Shown piece by piece: positions 58,536 through 64,000 of a DNA stretch of 64,000 nt (position 1 is the stretch's first letter; each line of letters begins with the position of its first letter). The DNA lies in contig AP026134.1 in the NCBI GenBank assembly GCA_030295235.1, forward strand, positions 682,001 to 746,000, written 5' to 3'. This DNA is from Fistulifera solaris (lineage: Eukaryota). The notes beneath the pieces were generated by a model. The model made no database searches and was not told the origin of the DNA. It saw only the letters and a list, made by a program, of their open reading frames with translations. Made by a program: the position numbers and the translations under genes.

Positions 58536-60464
58536 TTACTGTAATCGATTTGCTGGACCCAATTCTGAAGCCCGTTCGTCATTTGGCAAGTAAACTTTTT
58601 GATCCTTGTCCTCAGCAAATTGGATATCGTATACTTTGTGCTGAAATACGTAGCGGATCCGCAGAGCATGTTTCTTCTCTCTAGCATGACCTTTATTCTG
58701 TTCCGACTGTTTAGTGATTTGTCTTATTGCTCTCCATATTTGATTCCAAGTGTTGCTAGCTACATCTTGTTCATGGTCTGCTCCAACCTTGGGAAGCCAT
58801 TTCGTAACTTCCGCCATGGGTATTAATAAAGTACTGTCCACCACCCAAAATTGGAGAAATGAAGTAACATCAATTGTACTGTCACTACCAAATGATGCAC
58901 CAGTTGGGATTTCCCACCATGCCGACAAAATGACCAGACCGCCCTCCACCAAATTCTCTTCAGCACGTCGTTTCTTAGCTGCAACCATTCCAATGACGCC
59001 CGAAAATTGTGTGAAGGGCGCGACAAGTTCACCCGTCTTTGCTTGATCTCCGCCATCTGTAACATTAGAACTTTCCATAGACAATTCCGATTTGGCCCAA
59101 AAGTTCTCTAAAAATCGATCGCACCATTGGGAGACGAGCAATGTCAAAATGGATGCGACCGGCCATACATTCCGTGGAAACAAAGAAATCGGTAATCGTA
59201 TCGTCCAGATACTGCTGTGTAGTTGGAAGACAAATGTCCACAAGCTCAAAGCACCAGGCTGATAGAAAGCTCGTCCATCAAACTTAACGCCGTACTTGAG
59301 CGTCCAATCACCATGATCACCTCCCAATTGTTGAATCCACGCCACTTTCAATTTTGAGAAAGTGACGCCCCACGAATAGGCAATGTACGGTGTATCTACT
59401 TCAGCACTCTGGTAACTGATTTTGAGTGGAAATGTTCCCAACCCCGTGCTGCATCTCCACTGAGGAAACTCCCGCGTTTTAATGGTCGCCAGAGCTTGCT
59501 GAAATTCTCCTAACCACGGTTTGAAACTCAATCGCCACGACGCCTGTAGCTTCCTGGGCGGTTCCTCCGCGTTGCCCGAGTCCCATAGCAAATTCCGATA
59601 AGAAACAATGGAGTACGTCCAAGTTTGTCTCGATTGTAAATTCCCACCCAACCCGGCCACGACAAAAGTCCCATCCGCCATTTGACGACTGCTCCGGAGG
59701 GCCACGTTCGGGAACGGCTGTCCCGGTCGAAACGACGAGTCCATGGTCACGTGTGTCCCTCGTTGTGGTTGATAATCGGCGGAAAGACTGGTGCTCGTGT
59801 CGGCCATGCCCGTTCGCTGCATCGACGCATTCCCTCCGATGGTGCAACTCCATTCATCTCCTTTCCGTAGCCGCGATTGAAACTGCACGGCCGTTGACGT
59901 CAATTCCGCTTTGTGCTGATTATTGTATTCATACGGAAAAGTGACATTTGTCGATAATTCAGCTGTCGCATGTTCTGTTGATTGCCGTGTCCATTTGTCC
60001 TGGTCTACAATTTGTTGCAACAAGGACACGGCGTCTTCTTTGGTTTTAGCTTTCTGCAGCTCCTTGTACAAATCGGAAGAGGAGCCGTTGTTCGAAGAAG
60101 CCTGCGATCGTTTGATCAGTGCTACAAGTCGTAAGCCACCGTATTCATAAGCCATACGCAGAATGGGATCTACCAAAACATCGTGGGCTTGTTTGATGGC
60201 GACAAATGTTTTCTGGGCATCCACTATTTTCGAAGGTGATTTGTCGGGATGAAACACACGTGATAGTCTCTGTGACGACAACAAGAAGGAAAGGGCTGTG
60301 AGCATACATTTCTTCGTAGAGGAATCACGCAATCAACACACTAACGAGAATGCTCCGCTCACCTTATACGAACGCTGAATGTCGGTAGCAGTTGCCGAAT
60401 GGGATAGATTGAGTAGAGCGTAAAGATCCTCCTTGTCGTTATCTCCGAGCGTATTCATTGCCAT
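58536..60464 (-). CDS. DNAJC11: DnaJ homolog subfamily C member 11-like
   Basis: J domain DLYALLNL...IQRSYK|RLSRVFHPDK (intron 60270-60362), beta-rich middle, C-terminal GLVILSAWW...IDVTSFLQFWV...LRIRYVF typical of DNAJC11. Confidence 0.85.
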
Positions 60465-60808
60465 CAGAGCAACGTACAAGTCGACGACTATCGCGTAATT
60501 TTTATGTCTCCGAAAGGAAATAAATAGCCGCGTATTATTTCAGATCAAGTCAAACACTCGTTTTCACAATATCATCATTGCATAAAACCTCGTGGTCGCA
60601 CCAAAAGATGAATGGTTGACGTCGTCAACACTTCACACCACAGTACAAAGTACATTGAACGATATAGCAGAAAAGTCATTAGGTTCATTTTCGTGACTGA
60701 TTTCGGTCACGGACGGTGGACCCTGAAAAAATAATGAAAAGAACTACGGAGTACCGTACCCTGTAGAATACACAACTCTCACGTATCGACGGACAGAAAC
60801 AGAAATTC

Positions 60809-61228
60809 TGTCAACCAAGTCGCTACGTTTCGCAACAACAGAAGAGGAAGTATCTGGTAGAGCTAAGACGATAAACAGTCAAAGTTTTCCAAACAACAAT
60901 ATTATGAAGCCTTTACAAATCCGACAAATGAACAAGGTGGAATCTCACTGGGTGATGGTTCCGCCCGAGAATGTCACTGCCATCGGACTAGGTCTTGTTT
61001 TATCTTGAAATTCTGAGCTCACGTATGTGGCTCTAACATTCTTGTATCGCGTTGCTTGCAAACCTTTCACGCCTTCACGATCAACCCAAATCGTGCAAAG
61101 ACCCTTGGGCCTCGCCCAAGAGGTTACATTCGGATGCTTCCGATTTGGGGATCGGAATTCGCATTAGGTCGTGCGGCCATATTGGCTGAGTCCCTAGTAG
61201 TCTGCCCGCTATCCGCATTTCCGTGACA
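60809..61228 (-). repeat. 3' LTR (about 420 bp) with TGTCA...TGACA termini
   Basis: Polypurine tract GAGAGGGAG (61237-61229) immediately precedes TGTCA. A matching inverted TGACA ends at 60809. An alternative end near 60972 cannot be excluded without the 5' LTR. Confidence 0.7.
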
Positions 61229-64000
61229 CTCCCTCTCAGACGAAGAGGGATCACTTTCAACCCAACCCATTAACTTGTCTCGAAGATAGGTAAACGTTTC
61301 CCTAGGCAATCCTTTCGTCATGATATCCGCGAAGCTGTTCTTTAGTGTCAATCTTGTTGATTTTCAATTCACCACTTTGAACATGTTGTCGGAAGAAATG
61401 ATATTCGTGCCATAGTGCTTCGAGCGAGGGGTCATCCAGCGGAATTGTAGCAAGAGTGAGCTCCATTGTTGTCTTCAAATACATCCGAATGGGCAATGCT
61501 CTCGACTTGGTCTTCTCCAGTAATAGCCTTAGCAACAGCAGTAACAAGTCTTCGCATCGGCAAAACATCGCGCATGGCGGTACTCAATGCGACATATTCA
61601 CTCTCCATCGTACTTAGAGAGATTTCAGACTGTAGCTTCGATACCCAAAGTAGGGGGCAATTGCCGAGCGTCAAAATATAACCAGTACGCGACTTCACAC
61701 TTATCGGATCTTCAGGATCTTCCGCACCCCACAATCCGGCAAAGTCGGCATCAACAAAACAATCAATTTTCAACTCTTTCGTCGGACACATCACCAAACC
61801 ACGATCGGCCGTTCCTTTTAAATAACGCACTATTCTCTTGATTGCTTTAGCATGACTTTGCCGTGGCGAATGAGTGAAGCGAAGCGCACTGGTGGACAGC
61901 AAATGCAATATCCGGTCGAGAGTTTGACGACAAGTAGAGCAACATTCCGACAACCGAAGCATAATTCCAAGACTCGGCAAACGCAGCACCAGCCAAATCT
62001 TTTCCCAATGGCTTGTTTTCAGCAGGCGTGTCGCAAGAATTACAATCAGCCATGTCGGTGGCTTCGATGACGCGTTTAATGAGACCTTTCTGGGTCAACT
62101 CGATAGTATCTCCACGACGGGTAAACTGAATTCCCAAGAACGCGGAAACATCTTTCGACTCCACAGTTAAAGTTAAAACCTTGTCAATAGTGTCAATCAT
62201 GTCATCCATGCACTTTTCATCGAGACTGAACCAAAGGCAATCATCGACATAAGTCAAACAAATAATTTTCGTGCACGAACAGGCAAGCATCGATGTCGAC
62301 CAACTGTTTGAAACCATGCTTCTCCAAAGTGTCCTTCAACAAGTTGAAGAATCGGAGTGGACTGTCGGACTTTCCGTAAAGCGTCTTCTGGAGCATCAAA
62401 ACAGTGTCTTCGCCATCGTCGTGAAATCCTTGAGGCATCTCAATGTAGCACTCTTCAGTAGGTGGCAAAGGGGCTTGAGCAAACGCATTGACATAATCAA
62501 CTTGGCGGGTATGCATTCCGTGGACGATGGACATAATTAACAGCAACCGAACTGTGGACCACTGTACGACAGGAGAGTAGGACTCGAAGTAGTCTACTCC
62601 TTTTATCTCCATGTCGCCACGAACACAAAACCTCGCCTTGTACTTCGTGGGTGTCCCATCCGGTGAACGTTTAAGCCGAAACGCCCAAGTGGATTTTATC
62701 ACGCGCTTATTCGCAGGTACTGAAGCTCGCGGAATTTTCTTCCACGTCCCCATCATCTCCAACATTCGAATTTCTTTCACCATCGCCTCTTGCCATTCTC
62801 GATATTCGGCAGACGACATTGCTTGATGATACATTGGATAGTCGGGATCGGAACCTTTCTTTGGCTTCTTTGCACGCTGCATAGCGGCAAAAGCAACAGG
62901 GTCGCGCAAATCAAACTCGCCGATCTCCGAATCCCAACAAGCAACAAGGCCGGAATGAATCGACGCAATAAAAGAGAAAAGTTTCGCGAGGAATCGGCGC
63001 AAGAACAACCGAAGCAACGTTTGTAATAAATTCATTGAATCTCTTTGGAGCACGTCTCTCGCGAGTGGATCGGCGAGGTTCGGCAGGAACAGCTGGTGTC
63101 TTCTTCCGCGGCGAACTTGATGGAGGCTTGGCATCCACAGCAACCTTTGGAGCAGGAATCGGCTCAACCGGCTTTGAAATAGGCTCAGATAATTTAACAG
63201 GAGTAGTAACTGTCTTTTGTTCTGGCTCCCTCTGCAATGTAGGCTCGTTTGAACTCTTTTCAGTTGTAGGCTCGGCATCGGTTCGTAATCGCTGGTGCAC
63301 TTTGTCGAAATCAACTGGAGGGCTAGCAGTGTCTTGGACGCCCGAATTTTGCGAGATCGCTCTTGAATTCGAACATGCAACTCATCTTGACTCAACCATT
63401 CATCATCCAAGTCGATCGGATCATCCTCATCGAAAAATACCTGAAAGCGAGATGATGCGAAGATGTCGGCCCAAGTCTCCGGATCGACAGAATCATCCTC
63501 ATTAACGACAGTCGGAAACAGTGGCAAACCAATCATCAACAACAACATGGAACTGCGCGGAAATCCGGTTTGTTTCTAGGTTCAGAACGACAGGAACATT
63601 CGATGCATGCCGCTTTGACAAACCCAAGAAAACGCCAGCGTCTCGAGCGAGGTTCAAATTTTGGAATCTTGTGCCCATCTTGCAATTGAGGGTTCAAAAT
63701 ATACGCGGGTGATCCCCATACATGCATATCAGCAAACACTTTTCGATCGGTCGTTGTTCTGAAGATCATATCAGCCGGAGATGAATTATTTTCGCCCGGG
63801 TCCGTAGTTGAAATTTTGAACGACATAATCGATCGCCTGAGGCCACAAATCCGAAGAAATCGCTTTCGGCCAACGCAGTTTAGCATGTAGCATCGTGGTG
63901 CGTGCAAGAGATATAATACTTCCGATCGCGCGCTCAGCAACAGCATTTTGGTGGTGAGCACCAGGTCCACTGAGAGTCATCGACTGGTAGTTCGTATCAA
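60809..64000 (-). mobile_element. Ty1/copia LTR retrotransposon (CoDi-like), 3' part: integrase end, RT, RNase H, PPT, 3' LTR
   Basis: Integrase HQNAVAER, RT YKARFCVRG / QVDYVNAF / LYG / YVDD, RNase H FVDADFAG / STMESEY / EDNNGA / ADIMTKGL, in copia order IN-RT-RH. Numerous frameshifts. Confidence 0.95.

Noticed and set aside
60462..60581. C/D-like boxes (AUGAUGA...CUGA...CUGA) on the minus strand upstream of DNAJC11
   Set aside because: No recognisable rRNA or snRNA guide, weak terminal stem, and overlap with the gene's start region.
1..64000. CRISPR arrays, tRNA or rRNA genes, prokaryotic operons or defence systems
   Set aside because: No repeat-spacer arrays or cloverleafs were seen; rRNA-like matches are only 9-14 nt snoRNA guides; the DNA is intron-containing and eukaryotic.

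Overview
Eukaryotic nuclear DNA, gene-dense, with short GT-AG introns. The gene content (bipartite plastid presequences, cyclase-PDE fusion, secreted dual-SET protein, CoDi-like copia element) points to a diatom, probably pennate; this is an inference. About 27 protein genes are recognisable, including DDX24, a KICS2/C12orf66-like gene, GINS1/PSF1, eIF2beta, NUP107, mitochondrial L33 and L15, ANKIB1-like RBR ligase, CDC5L, HSP10, PRMT7, FN3K-like kinase and DNAJC11. The window ends inside a Ty1/copia retrotransposon whose 3' LTR is visible. Many essential genes carry 1-2 nt indels in homopolymer runs, which look like long-read consensus errors rather than pseudogenes. The strongest signals outside the ORF track are three intron-encoded snoRNA candidates with recognisable LSU rRNA guides (two C/D in DDX24, one H/ACA in the KICS2-like gene) and a 7-nt micro-exon in the cyclase active-site motif. 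Also notable: a plastid-targeted five-SAP-domain membrane/coiled-coil protein, an asparaginase with two in-frame stops, a hairpin-forming HSP10 intron and two recurrent non-coding motifs. All homology calls are by eye from remembered family motifs; no searches were run.
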